Source: Eledone cirrhosa (taxonomy: Eukaryota). Taken from it: a DNA stretch of 64,000 nucleotides. Both the position numbers and the translations under genes were made by a program. Within the stretch, counting starts at the first letter, position 1. Each line of letters begins with the position of its first letter. Positions 51,772-64,000 of this stretch are shown piece after piece. The stretch lies in NCBI GenBank assembly GCA_964016885.1, contig OZ024745.1, forward strand, positions 74,586,001 through 74,650,000. The letters are read 5' to 3'. The notes beneath the pieces are model-generated. The model saw nothing but the letters and a program-made list of their open reading frames with translations. It was not told where the DNA came from and made no database searches.

Positions 51772-53597
51772 AATGTGTTTGCTTCTCTGAATAAGATATC
51801 TTAAGGATATCTTTTCATTGAGATGTCATGTATATTCGTGACAAATTTTAATGGCATATAATTATCATCATCATCATCATCATCATCATCGTTTAACGTC
51901 TATCTTCCATACTAGCATGGGTTAGATGGGAATTGTCCCATTTGAGGTAAGATTGGTCGGGTAACTGTGTCTCGCTCGTATAGGACTATCTGGCAGGTTT
52001 TCTACGGTTGGATGCACTTCCTAACACCAACCACATTTACAGTGTGGACTGGGAGCTTTTTACCATGTTACCTACCCAACCACATTACAGCGTGGACTGT
52101 GTTTTTTTCCCTTCTCCCTTTCCTTTTTTTTTTCATATATATATATATATATCATCATCATCATCGTTTAACATCCATTTTACAATATATATATATAGAG
52201 AGAGAGAGATGTGTTCATGTGTAGAGATGCTATAAAATAGTTTCATATTGTGCACATATATGGGGGAGGGGTTGTCTTCTGTAGTACAGCATGATGCCAG
52301 AGGTCTCGATCTTGTCTTATCTCCCTTGTGAGGTTTGATTGGACAAGGTCAGCTTTTATCACTTCATCCCAAATTTTCCTAGGTTTTCCTCTTCCATAGT
52401 TACCATCCACTTTGAGTGCCCTAGTACAGCCATCACTTGCAATCAAGTATGAACTTGTAGCATGTACCATACTTTCACTAAGGCTTTTAGGTACCTATGC
52501 AGTCACAAGTAGATACAAACACCTTATCGACCTTCCACTCAATTGATCCAGCAGAATATCCAATGATGTGGAAGGTGAGAGGGCTGTACCAGAACTGGAT
52601 TGGTACTTTATTTAACAACCCTGAAAGAATGTAGGGCAAAGTGGACGTTGGTGCAATTTGAACACAGAATGTAGAAACCTGGGTCAATATCGAACACTAG
52701 ACTCTACCACATCAACCCCTCTCTCTCTCTGATGATGATGATGATATATATATAATGGAGGCACATGGCTTAGTGGTTAGAGCATTGGCCTTGCAATCGA
52801 AAGGTTGTGAGTTCAATTCTCAGACCGGGTGATGTGTTGTTTCCTTGAGCAAGACACTTTATTTCACATTGCTCCAGTTTACTCAGCTGTAGAAATGAGA
52901 TGATAGGGACTGGGGTCCATATCATTCCACTGCAAAGTGGTCGTGGAGGTGCCACAGCAAAAAAGCACCCAGCACTCACTGTAAATGAGGTTGGTGTGAG
53001 GAAGGGCATCCAGCTGTAGAAATCAAGCCAGCATCAGTTCCCGTCCCACCCTTGCAAGCAGGGAAAAAGCGGACGTAAAATGAAATGATGAATGATGATG
53101 ATGACGATATATATATATATATACACACACACACACGTATGAATGTGTGTGTGTTTTTGCATGGTGTCTTCATATTGTCCCACATAATACATTCAACAGT
53201 TTAACAAATGTCAGTGGTATATACCATAATCAAAAATAAAACGAGGAGTTGGCATCAAGAAGGGTACCTGGTTGAAGAAGAAAACTGCCTCAAAAAGTTT
53301 CATAAGATTATTATTCTAATATATTCATTGGACACATTTTAAAAGAAATAGGATTTCTTGAATAGACACTAATTTAATCATGATTATTTATCTTATTAAA
53401 TGAGGGATAAACTTCCTTGAAATGCATCAATCAATGTATGATAAGGGATATTAAGCTCAGGAGAAACCTCTTCAAGCTATACTCATCACAAGAATGAAAG
53501 ACAACAACATGCTCTTTAGTTATACGGTGCTCAGCTATCTTAATGTTGCACCTCCTTGCAACCTGATGAACTGCAAATGTTAATTATTTTGACCATA

Positions 53598-54032
53598 GAT
53601 GATAGTGAAACATGGGCTGTGACTACGGGGGATATCAGTAGAATGGAGAGAAATGAAGCAGCCATGATTCATTGGATGTGCAATGTAAGTATGAGAGAAA
53701 GGCAGAGCTTGGATGAGCTGAGGGAGAAGCTGGGTTTAAGAAGAATCCGAGGTGGTGTGCAGGAGAGAAGACTACGTTGGTATGGACATGTGATGCACAT
53801 GGACAATGACCGATGAGTGAAGAAATGCCAGGAAATCCCAGTGGAAGGAAGCCACAGTAGAGGACAATGAAGAAAGACCTGGGCAGAGGTTGTGAGAGCT
53901 GACCTAAAATCGCTAAGACTAGCAAAGGATATGAAAAAGGATCGCGACGTGTGGAGATTCTGTGCTGAAAAGGACCCATCCTACCCATGCAAGCATGGAA
54001 AAACGAAGGTGATGATGATCATGATGATGATG
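53598..54032 (+). mobile_element. RTE LINE 3' fragment
   Basis: SETWAVT...ERNEAAMIHWMCN...VQERRLRWYGHVM; (GAT)n tail. Similar fragments at 55030-55410 (+) and 52270-52440 (-). Confidence 0.85.
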
Positions 54033-55555
54033 ACACAGCACAACACCAATGACAAGGTACATATTGTCACCCTTTCAGCCCCAAAGCTATGAAAAAGACC
54101 AGCTGTAACTATCACATTTCATACAAACATGTAGTTTACATGGAAGAAGAACATCTCTGAGATAAGCAGTATACATGCTCTTCTGTGTTCAGATGTCACT
54201 TACAAATCATCTTATACAACTAATTAGTAACTTACATCTTTTGAAACACTAACTACTATCATCCAACTACCCCCACCTTTACTGTGTAGGGAGTTTATGT
54301 GGGCCAAAGCCCCAAAATATTTTGTCTGGTGCTAAGAAAGGGGAGGCGCGTGGCCTAGTGGTAAGGATTTGATTCCTGAGCTGGGTTGAGTGAAGTGTTC
54401 TTGAGCAAAACACTTCATTTCACATTGCTCCAGTATACTCAGCTGAAAATGAGTACCAGCAATAGCTGGGGGTTTAACTCTTGTGATGGACTGGTATCTT
54501 GTCCAGAGAAGTCTTGTACTTTCAGTCACTTAATGCCCCAAAACTGGGATAAGCACCACCCAATGAACCTTCTGACTTGAGACAGACTTTAAATTAGACT
54601 TAAGCTAAGAAAGACCTATCTGTATAACACCTGTTCCAATATTTCATCGAAATACTTAAATTTCAAATATAAATGCTTTTATACAAACTTATAGACAGCA
54701 AATTGTGAGAGTCATTAAAACGTTGGTTAGATTGTTTTGTGGTAGTCATTCTAGCTCTCAGTGCTCTCAGGTCAAAACCCAACAAGGTCAACTTTGTCTT
54801 TCATTCTTTTAAAGATGATCTCACTTCCTCCTTATCACTCTCTCTCTCTCTCTCTCCTTCACTGGAAGAAATTGACTGTGTTCAAACCTGGAGAGAGAAT
54901 GGGCTCCACCAGGTTTAAAATGCCCAAGAGACACTACGACTCCATCAGGAATTATGGGTTCATTAATTCATATAAACTTATAGAACTTAAATCTAAACAA
55001 CATAATGGGCAGTGAGTGCAAAAGTCATGCATAGACTGGACAGAAATGAAACAGCCATGCTTCATTGGATGAGCAATGTAAATGTGAAAGAAAGGCAGAG
55101 CTTGGATGAACTGAGGGAGAGCTGGGTTTAAGATGAATCAAAGATGGTGTGCAGGAGAGAAGACTGCATTGGTACAGACATGTGATGCACATGGATTGAT
55201 GAAGAATTGCCAGGAACTGCCAGTGGAAGGAAGCTGCAGTAGAGGTAGACCAAGAAATACCTTGGTCAAGGTAGTGAGAGCTAACCTCAAATTGCTGAGA
55301 CTCAGAAGCGATCATGAAGAAACACAGCATGTGGAGAGATGCTGTGCTGAAAAGGACTCATCCAACCCATGCAAGCATGGAAAAACAGACGTAAAATGAT
55401 GATGATGATAATTTCTTAAAATCATTTGAAAGTATTTCAAAGAATCCAACATATTTACACCACATTTATGATTACAATAATAGAGCTATACAGAAATAAT
55501 ACAGTAAGAATATGTGTTTAATTTGGATGTTATATTTCAAAGGTTTACAACTTAC

Positions 55556-55619
55556 CTTCAGGTAAAAACTGAGACTGAAAGTTTTTTCCAAAGATTAACA
55601 CTTCAAAATTATTGCATGC
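55556..55619 (-). CDS. KRTCAP2: KRTCAP2 coding exon 3 (64 nt)
   Basis: ACNNFEVLIFGKNFQSQFLPE versus human [21 protein letters not shown]; CAG acceptor; AAG|GTAAGT donor. Confidence 0.95.
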
Positions 55620-56884
55620 CTGATGAAACTGTTAAAGAAATATTTATGTAACAACAAATCTTTATACAAACAACAAAACACAATATTGAATTACTGCCAC
55701 CTATCTAACATATTTCTTGTTTGTTTCAGCAGAGCAGATCATGCCTTAAAGATTATAGTCCCTATTAAATGTGCTCTGAGCTTTAAATGGGGCTACTCCA
55801 GCCTAGAGTTATTAATTAGATTTTTCACAGTAATTGAATTGAACAGCAGGTTGATTATGTATCTATCTATATTAGTTTACATATGCAGAAAACAGCTGAT
55901 TATATGTAAGGAATGATCCCATAATAAGTTCCACTAAAATGTCTTTAAAATCATAATAATATCCAATGTATGTATTAGAAATATGATGTTATATGACATT
56001 GAAAGTAAGGCTGACATCATCTTACTATGTTAAACACGGTGGGTAGATATATAAATGCTACTTGCAACGTGCTGTGTCCCTGACAGAGTTTTAAATAGTG
56101 CAATAGAGTTGTAAACAGATACAATAAGGTTGTAATTTTATAAGTGCTGGAGGAGGTAGATGCAGTTTGAGCAGTGAAAGGCTTTGTACTCCATGATAAA
56201 AATAGCCTATGAAGTGTGATCCTCATTTAATGAGTGGTTTCCCTGCTAGATAAGGTTGGACAGATCATCACAGACCAAGTCAGACAAGCTGGGGGCATGC
56301 ATCTCACTTATATGCATTCCCATAATCTACTGGGTGCTCAGACAGTCCAGAGCCGTGCATCTCATATATTTCTCCCATGTTCTATCAACAATAGTTTATC
56401 ATAGCAGCAGCACTAGGAGGCTGTCACATTTCCAACTCAGCTGAAGAATCCTTCCAACCTTTGTTTGGCAGGTTTTCTACAGCTGGATGCTCTTCCTATC
56501 ATCAACCACCTTGCAGCTTGTACTCTACTGTCTATATACTTGCAGCTATATTCACTTAAATGATAAATACAAATATAAAGCTAGTCCTTGAGGAAGGACA
56601 GTATTGTTCACAGCATCATTCTAGCAAAGCTGGTGCCAAGCAGCATTAGCACTTGCCTTTCCCTGGACTACACAAGTGTTATGGACAGAGAGGATCTGCT
56701 GTATAAACAGATCTTCCTCCTTTCTTACTTAATTAGGCCTGAAATTTTGGAGAACAAAGTTTGCTAAATACATGCAGATATACTTAAATTATTTATATTA
56801 CCTATCTCTTTATACCGCCTAATGATACTAGAGTCATAACTGAATTTTTCTTTATGCATTTTTTTTTTTTAATTAAAAGGATAC
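55620..56884 (-). other. KRTCAP2: U12-type (minor spliceosome) GT-AG intron, KRTCAP2 intron 2
   Basis: 5' splice site GTATCCTTTT (56884-56875); branch point TTCTTTAAC (55639-55631) 11 nt before the exon; no polypyrimidine tract. Confidence 0.93.
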
Positions 56885-57039
56885 AGTCAACAAAAGAATG
56901 AAAATCCAGGAGCCAAAAAAACCTCCCAAAATGGTGAGATATTCAGTTGATCCAAGCTGATTACGGAACATTTGCATTGCAGCAAACAGTAATACTGTAA
57001 GTGTGGATGACAAGAAACATGAGGAACCAACAGAAATAG
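56885..57039 (-). CDS. KRTCAP2: KRTCAP2 coding exon 2 (155 nt)
   Basis: TTTTTTTTCCAG acceptor; (A)ISVGSSCFLSSTLTVLLFAAMQMFRNQLGSTEYLTILGGFFGSWIFILLLT versus human [51 protein letters not shown]. Needs an upstream ATGG exon 1, not identified here. Confidence 0.96.
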
Positions 57040-57347
57040 CTGGAAAAAAAAAAGAGAAAAAACATTAGCAACATTTCAATCATATCTCCAATCCTACACA
57101 ACAAAATACAACTGTATGTTAAGTACAAATTGTGAACCTAAATTAATGCTACTCCTTATAAAAAAAAGTAAAGGATTCCTAATTCCTGGAGTTTTTAAAG
57201 GGCAGGTGCTTAATTTCTATTTCTTGACATGAATGAGAGTTAAATCTTTCTCCCCTTCTATCTAAATAGGATATCAGTCTAACCCAGGTAATATTATTCA
57301 TTTCTGCCAGTAGGATGAACTGTCATATAAAATCTACAGAAACATTA

Positions 57348-57891
57348 AATGTATGACCAACAAGTGGGTACTTCAATGTATGACCAACAAGTGGGTACTT
57401 CAATGTATGACCAACAAGTGGGTACTTCAATGTATGACCAACAAGTGGGTACTTCAATGTATGACCAACAAGTGGGTACTTCAATGTATGACTAACAAGT
57501 GGGTACTTCAATGTATGACCAACAAGTGGGTACTTCAATGTATGACTAACAAGTGGGTACTTCTATGTATGACCAACAAGTGGGTACTTCAATGTATGAC
57601 CAACAAGTGGGTATTTCAATGTATGACCAACAAGTGGGTACTTCAATGTATGACCAACAAGTGGGTACTTCAATGTATGACCAACAAATGGGTACTTCAA
57701 TGTATGGCCAACAAGTGGGTACTTCAATGTATGACCAACAAGTGGGTACTTCAATGTATGACTAACAAGTGGGTACTTCAACGTATGACCAACAAGTGGG
57801 TACTTCAATGTTTGACTAACAAGTGGGTACTTCAATGTATGACTAACAAGTGGGTACTTCAATGTTTGACTAACAAGTGGGTACTTCAATG
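57348..57891. repeat. 27-bp minisatellite x20 in KRTCAP2 intron 1
   Basis: Unit AATGTATGACYAACAAGTGGGTACTTC, head to tail, no spacers. Confidence 0.97.
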
Positions 57892-57974
57892 CCTTATTTC
57901 TCTCAGCTACCTCTCTTCCTTCTACACCAATTCTTAGGTCATGGATTCAAATTTCAACCAACTCAATAAAATCA

Positions 57975-58390
57975 CTAAGATTTTCGTGCCAACCCTTACC
58001 TATGATCATGAATCTTGGGTAATGACCGAAAACATACGATCGCAAATACAAGCAGCTGAAATGGGATTACACACAATAAAGTGTGTAACTCAGAGATCAG
58101 AGAGTCACTCCAGGCAGAGCCACTACTTCTCTGTATTGAGAGATCACAGCTCTGATACTATGGGCATGTGGTCAGAATGTCTCAGGAAAGAATCGTTGGA
58201 CAGATTTTACAGGCAAAAACCAACCAACAAGAGACCCAGGGGCAGATCCCAAGCAAGATGGTTGGAAACATCCATGAACTTAGCCAGTCTCGCTTGGGGA
58301 TCCAGCTGGAGATGGTTGCTTCTGACAGGACCAGCTGGAAGAAGTGTTTGACGACTCTGCCCCCACAATCCTGAGAGAAGAAGAAGACTG
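57975..58390 (+). mobile_element. RTE (Expander-like) 3' fragment
   Basis: IFVPTLTYDHESWVMTENIRSQIQAAEMG...VRMSQERIVGQIL. Confidence 0.85.
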
Positions 58391-59409
58391 AGAAAGAAAG
58401 TTATGCATAAAGTAATATATATATATCATCATCAACATTTAACTGCTATTTTCTATGCTTGCATGGCTTAGACAGGCTATCATGTACTGGAGCTAGACTG
58501 GTCAGGTGACTGTCTTGCTCATATGCTGTTTTAGGCTTGGTTTCTACAGCTAGATGCCTTTCCTTATGCCAACCTCTTTACAGCATTTTATCATGACACC
58601 ATCTCTACCACCTTATAGTGTAGACTGGGTGTTCTTTGTTGTGGCACCTGTACTACCACCTTACAGGGTGGACTGGGTGTTTTTTTATCATGGCACAAGT
58701 ATTGCCTCATTTCATAACTATGGTGCTCAGTGTATCAGGCTAGGGAGGCATTGATGGGAGTGCAAAAGTGTAAAAAAAAATAAGAAGTATGCAGGCTGTA
58801 TGATGTTTGCCGGGGTGAGGTGGGGTTTCGGTAGGAGACATCCCACCAAATGAGAGGAAGTGCCAAGTAATGGTGGCAACCCTGAAGCAAGTGGGTGGTG
58901 TCTGACATATTGTGGTTTGTGACTGGGTTTCTGTGTTGCACAGTTAAAGTGAGTCAAGAATGTGAGTGTGAAGGGACAGGGAACACAGATTGGGTGGAAA
59001 AGTGAGAAGGTCCACCCTAGCTTTCCACATTAGAATGGGTTGGATAATGAAAGAGAGAGAGAAGAGTATGAGGGGAGGACTAACAGGAGGCAGGGAAATT
59101 AGGAGTGTGGAGACATGAGTTGGACAGGGGAGGGTGAATCAAAGTAGGCCCACCCTAGCTTTCCACATTGGCATGGGTCAGAAGAAGAAAGGTATGAATG
59201 GGCAAAGACTACCAGTAGGGTTTTAGACTGAGAAATTGGGAGTATATTGGCAAGGAGGGACCTCTTCTCTGCTTCTTTGAGCTTAAGTTTGTACATAAAA
59301 TGGAATTTCTACCTGTATACCAAGCAAGGCCATTTTCCTGGTGGAATTAGGGCTCTGTTTTACATAATAGGATTTTAGCTTTTGCCATGTTGACTCTTAG
59401 GCATTTTGA

Positions 59410-59670
59410 TTCCTAGTTTTGCTTCCATGTCAGGAATTTCTTCTCATACTCAGCTATGAGGACTAGATCATCAGCATATAGGAATTCCCAATGGCAATCA
59501 ATTTCAAACTCCCTTGTCATGGTCAGAACAATATAAAACAAGAGGGGGCTGAGGACCCCTAACTGCATATTAAATTTGTCAATATATCCTTTATCAATTC
59601 TATCCTTACTGACTGCACCTCTGTACATGTCTTGTACAAACCACTCTTACAAACTATTCATCTACCCCTA
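59410..59670 (-). mobile_element. RTE reverse transcriptase fragment
   Basis: GVLSPLLFYIVL..TREFEIDCHWEFLYADDLVLIAE; same family as 42838-45950. Confidence 0.75.
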
Positions 59671-59679
59671 TTTTCTGTA

Positions 59680-60900
59680 AAGCCTACCAGATTACAGAGT
59701 GGAGAACCCTGTCAAAACTTTTCCATGTCAACAAATGCAAGAAACCATGGGAGTATTGCCAAGAAGTATATTCTTGTTTTGTCAACCTTGAAAAGGCATA
59801 TGACCACGTTCCTTGGGACCTGCTGTAAAGGCTATGGAGGAGTATGGGATTGATAGTCAGCTTCTTGCTGCTGTGATATCTCCAGATGAATGCTCTAGTA
59901 TTTGTGTTCAGATAAATGGTGCTAAATCAAAACCATTCAATGTGGGAGTCAGACTCCGCCAAGGGTGCATACTATCACCTCTCCTGTTCATTATTTACAG
60001 GTTATAAGTGGTATCATGACTGGCAGGTTTAAAATCCGTTGGCTGGAATTTGCAGACGACATGGTGCTACTTAACTTGACAGAAGATGAGCTTCGACTTG
60101 CATTTGATAGGTTTGATCCCAAGTGCTGCATGGTTGGAATGAAAATCAGTGCTGTGAAAACTGAAACACTCGTCCTTTCAAAGAAGCCTGCGCAGTGCAC
60201 TCTACATGTGAATGGAGTTCCACTGAAGCAAGTAAAGTTCAAGTATCTTGAGGCCATCATGTTCATGAGTGATGGAATGCAGGAGGCTGAAGTAAGTGCA
60301 AGAATTGCAAAAGCTGGTGGAGTAATGTGCCACCTTCAGCATTTAGTAATCAGATGCAAGCGTGGAAGATGGACGTTAAACGATGATGATGATGATGATG
60401 ATGATGAAGAGAGGTAGACATAAAAGCCAAGCTTGCTATCTTCAATTCGGTTTTCATGCCAGCCCTTACCTATTATCATGAATCTTGGGTAATGACCAAA
60501 AGAATACAATCGTGAATACAAGCAGCCAAAATGGGGTTCCTCCAAAGGATCTTTAGAGTAACGTTACTCGATAAAGTGCGTAACTCGGAGATCAGAGAGT
60601 CGCTCCAGATAGAGCTGCTACTTCTTCGAATTGAGAGATCACGGTTCGAATACTATGTGCATGTGGTTAGAATGTCTCAGGAAAGAATCGCTGGACAAAT
60701 TTTACAAGCAAAATCAACCAGCAGGAGACCCAGGGATAGACCTTGAGCAAGATGGTTGGATAACATCATTGAGCTTGGCTGGTCATGCTTGGGGATCCAT
60801 CTGGATCAATTGGAGATTGTTGCTCCAAACAGGACTCACTGGAAGAAGTGTTTGAGGACTGCCCCCACGACCCTCTCAGGAATAAGTGGGCAAAGAAGAA
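59680..60900 (+). mobile_element. RTE (Expander-like) RT and 3' fragment with a small (GAT)n-tailed insertion
   Basis: VNLEKAYDHVPW, VGVRLRQGCILSPLLFIIY, LEFADD, KFKYL, MGFLQRIFRVTLLDKVRNSEIRESL; insertion at about 60353-60407. Confidence 0.88.
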
Positions 60901-60984
60901 GAACAAATACAAACTTGAGGAGCCTACACTTATCTAGGTACTTCTACAGCTGTCACACATGAAGGCATCAGTGTTAACTTTACC

Positions 60985-61197
60985 AGGCACAAAGCCAAAT
61001 TGTATCTTGTCAATATAATTTTGAGGAGGTGAGAAAGTCAATTAAATCGACCCCATTGCCTTACTGGTACTTTATTATATTGACCTCATAAGGCAAAGCT
61101 ATCTTCATCGAGATTTGAACTCAGAACATAAAGGGACCAAACCATATGTTACAAAGCATGTTATCTGATGCTCTACTGATACTGCCAATCCACTACC
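60985..61197 (-). mobile_element. Family A SINE (diverged)
   Basis: Reverse complement of the GTGGATTGGCAGTATCAGTAGAG...GAGTTCAAATCTC head and TACCAGTAA core. Confidence 0.75.
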
Positions 61198-62336
61198 CCT
61201 TTTTTTATGAGATATTGTACATAAGCAGGTAAAAACTTTAGCATATTTTAGAGAATAAATTACTGCAGAAGTATTGAATTGGTATTAAAGCAGTAATTTA
61301 ACAAGAAATATATGTTTAATTTCATGTGTTATAAGTCCAGGATAAATCAATCTTCCTCTATGAGAATACATGAATAGTTCTCAGGATAGGGATTTTTCTT
61401 TTTTATCACTGAATGTCTTCCTGTTTTGGGAGGGCAACTTAAGCACTAACAACCCATCCACTCCAAACCAGACTTAATTCTGAAAAATGCACCCAGAACA
61501 CTCTGTAAAGTAGTTGGCATTAGGAAGGGCATCCAGCTATAGAAACTATGCCAAAATGGAATGTATCTGAATCCATCTGAGAGAACAACATCTCCAATAA
61601 AGTACTGATTTTGTATGTAACAACCCATCCAACCCATGCCAGCAAGAAAAAGCGATCATAAAATGATAGGACTGTAGCATGTCACAGAAGTTGTCAGCAT
61701 GCTTACAAAAATATCATTTTAATTTTTCTCTTTACCACATGCCTATTTCTGATTTTAATTAAGAGATTTTGGTGTTCTGAAGTCATTTTAATAAATTGAG
61801 ATTTTGGAGTTGTTACCCTTGCCTACTTAGAAAAGATTTAAGCATTGACTCAATGTTTGATTCTACTCAATGCAATTAGAGTTTTGATTAAGATTTTCTT
61901 GCACCCCATATTAATCCTTTTCACACCAAAATGCCTCACACAGCCCCTGGTTCTACAATATAAAACTGTCTGTTGTAAAAACCTTTATAATCCAAATAGC
62001 ATCTTAATAATGGGAAATTTAGTTATATTATTAAATCTATTAAAATTCTTGATTACTTGAAAATCACAAGCAGTCTTTTAGGAGAAATGTGGTAACGAAA
62101 GAATTAAACATTTTAGTACTTACTTTACTATAAAAATGAAGTTTTACTAAGCTAAATGCACCCATACAGCCAGCATAAATACTTTTTAAAGAAGCTAAGG
62201 AAAAATGGAAAGAACCATTCAAGGCAGAACTGAAACTTACATTATGTGGCATAATGTTGTATTGCAAAATTGTCCACCTTGTGGTGGACAATGGAAGAAA
62301 TTGACTTAAAAACAGCGATATTATTATTTATTATTA

Positions 62337-62530
62337 GGGCGGTGGATTGGCAGTATCGGTAGAGGGTCGGACGCCATGCTTTGATGCATAGAGTTACGGC
62401 CCTTGCCATTTTGCGTTCAAATCCCGCTGAGGTTAACTTTGCCTTTCATCCTTATGGAGTCGATAAAATAAAGTACTAGTAATACACTGAGTAATTGCTG
62501 GCCTTGTGCCAAAAGTAGAAACAATTATTA
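62337..62530 (+). mobile_element. Family A SINE, full length
   Basis: GGGCGGTGGATTGGCAGTATCGGTAGAGGGTCGGACGCC...GTTCAAATCCC...GTAGAAACAATTATTA. Confidence 0.9.
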
Positions 62531-63153
62531 TTTATCACCATGTCTTCCCAGGTTGAACATCACCATAATTAAAGTAATTCCATCTTTGAGTATCCAGTCT
62601 TTTTATGGGTATTAAGAGCTACATAATCATTTAACATCGGTTTCTATGTTGGCACTTGTCAAACAGTTTCTTACGGTCCAAGACAAGACGAATCAGATAA
62701 CCATATCTTTCCCATAGATTCCACATTATGGTATGGTGTGTCTATTTATATTTTTAAGATGACAACCTCTCCTGAGCACTCAATGGAATGTGAGACTGTA
62801 CATAAGCAAGACCAAGTCCCTGGCCTGCCTGGCTCCACTTCAGTACTAACTTGGTCTATATGTATCCATCCAACCCTTGCTAGTAGGGAAAACTGACATT
62901 TAAACGATGATGATGGCAGAGATTTGTTGCACTGATGATTTCAACAATATGTAAACTGCCTCACTTCATTGCTATTTGTAACATAATATATACTATAGTA
63001 ATATAAAAGAAATGAAATTACTAAATCAATAGCAAATGAATTTCCAAACAATACTGTTACAGAGAGAATGAGACAGTCCCCATAGGTATGTAGAGATCTC
63101 ACTAAGGAGTAAACTTTTCCTCTCGTTTATGGCATTTATAGTTCTTTCCTCTA

Positions 63154-63338
63154 GGATTGGAAGTATCGGTAGAGGGTCGGACGCCATGCTTTGCAGCAAA
63201 GAGTTACGGCCCTTTATGGTCTGAGTTCAAATCCCGCCGAGGTTAACTTTGCCTTTCATCCTTATGGGGTCGATAAAATTAAATACCAGTAATGTACTGG
63301 TTATTGCTGGCCTTGTGCCAAAAGTAGAAACAATTATT
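63154..63338 (+). mobile_element. Family A SINE
   Basis: Near-identical to 62337-62530 and 15430-15600. Confidence 0.9.
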
Positions 63339-64000
63339 TAATTTTGTTTTTATCTTTTTTTTTTTTTATATTTCTATCATTGTATAAATTCTTTTTGTAA
63401 AATGTACTTGACATAATTTGTCTCTCTATAATTGACTGAATAAAAAATTTCGTAATTTCATACAGAAGTGTATTCCTATGGGCATATGCATACATTTATA
63501 TGTATGAGTACATAAATATAAACGTGCAAACACAGACACATTTACAAAAATACACTCACAGAAATACACATTCATTCACACAAACACACACACATACATT
63601 TATACAAACATACACATACACTCGCACACAGCGTAGCTTTTCACCATATACATTCACGTAGGCAGCAGAAAGTAAAGAGAGAGTAGTATGAGGTAGTCAA
63701 ACTACTCCTCTCTCTTTACGTGTTGTGACAGAATCGCAGAAATTTATATATGGATGTGCATGTATATTGATTCTTTAATTAATTTACATGGATTCTACTC
63801 ACATATAACTTTCAAGTGTAACATCTACGTTGTTTACACACATATATACTACCATACACATGCCTAGACACATACTAGCGTATATAGGACGTCTATATAT
63901 ACGTCTGGATACAAATACATCTATACATTTACACACACAAACACATAAATACTACAGTATACAGATATAGACATATATACATATAAAAGCACATAAATAT

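Noticed and set aside
57348-57891. CRISPR-like array, or a repeat protein (MTNKWVLQC)n
   Set aside because: Head-to-tail 27-mers with no unique spacers and no cas genes, inside a eukaryotic intron. The ORF stays open only because the unit length is a multiple of three.
62134-62210. Possible KRTCAP2 exon 1 or cassette exon (AG...GTAAGT; ATGG|GTGCAT at about 62160)
   Set aside because: No homology. The ATG-to-GTAAGT exon would end in phase 0 while exon 2 needs phase 1, and the GTGCAT donor is weak.

Overview
Eukaryotic, AT-rich, repeat-dominated genomic DNA. It is most likely a coleoid cephalopod (octopus), inferred from the SINE families and the (TA)n/(TACA)n density; it is not prokaryotic, and no CRISPR array or rRNA gene is present. 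The only host gene I can support is KRTCAP2 (KCP2, an oligosaccharyltransferase accessory subunit) on the minus strand. Coding exons 2-5 are at 57039-56885, 55619-55556, 50769-50703 and 46277-46178; intron 2 is a minor-spliceosome (U12) intron, and exon 1 probably lies beyond the window. The rest is mostly mobile DNA: RTE, CR1 and CRE-type LINE fragments, a Penelope GIY-YIG remnant, three non-autonomous Helitrons, a Chapaev3 transposon with TIRs and TSD, an Academ-like remnant, MITEs, a solo LTR, many tRNA-derived SINEs, and mini- and microsatellites. The most striking unannotated signal is a set of sequence-divergent type I hammerhead ribozyme cassettes (449-530 +, 1926-1983 -, 27126-27210 +, half-motifs at 1-47 and 20913-20956). 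All sit in short non-coding modules beside (TA)n tracts, and one is a 483-bp tandem unit resembling a retrozyme or Penelope pLTR. Also notable: a Helitron whose interior is a mosaic of nearby sequence, a PHD finger inside an RTE reverse transcriptase, a twin-primed RTE, and an orphan NCS/KChIP EF-hand fragment. Family names come from recalled motifs, not from database searches.
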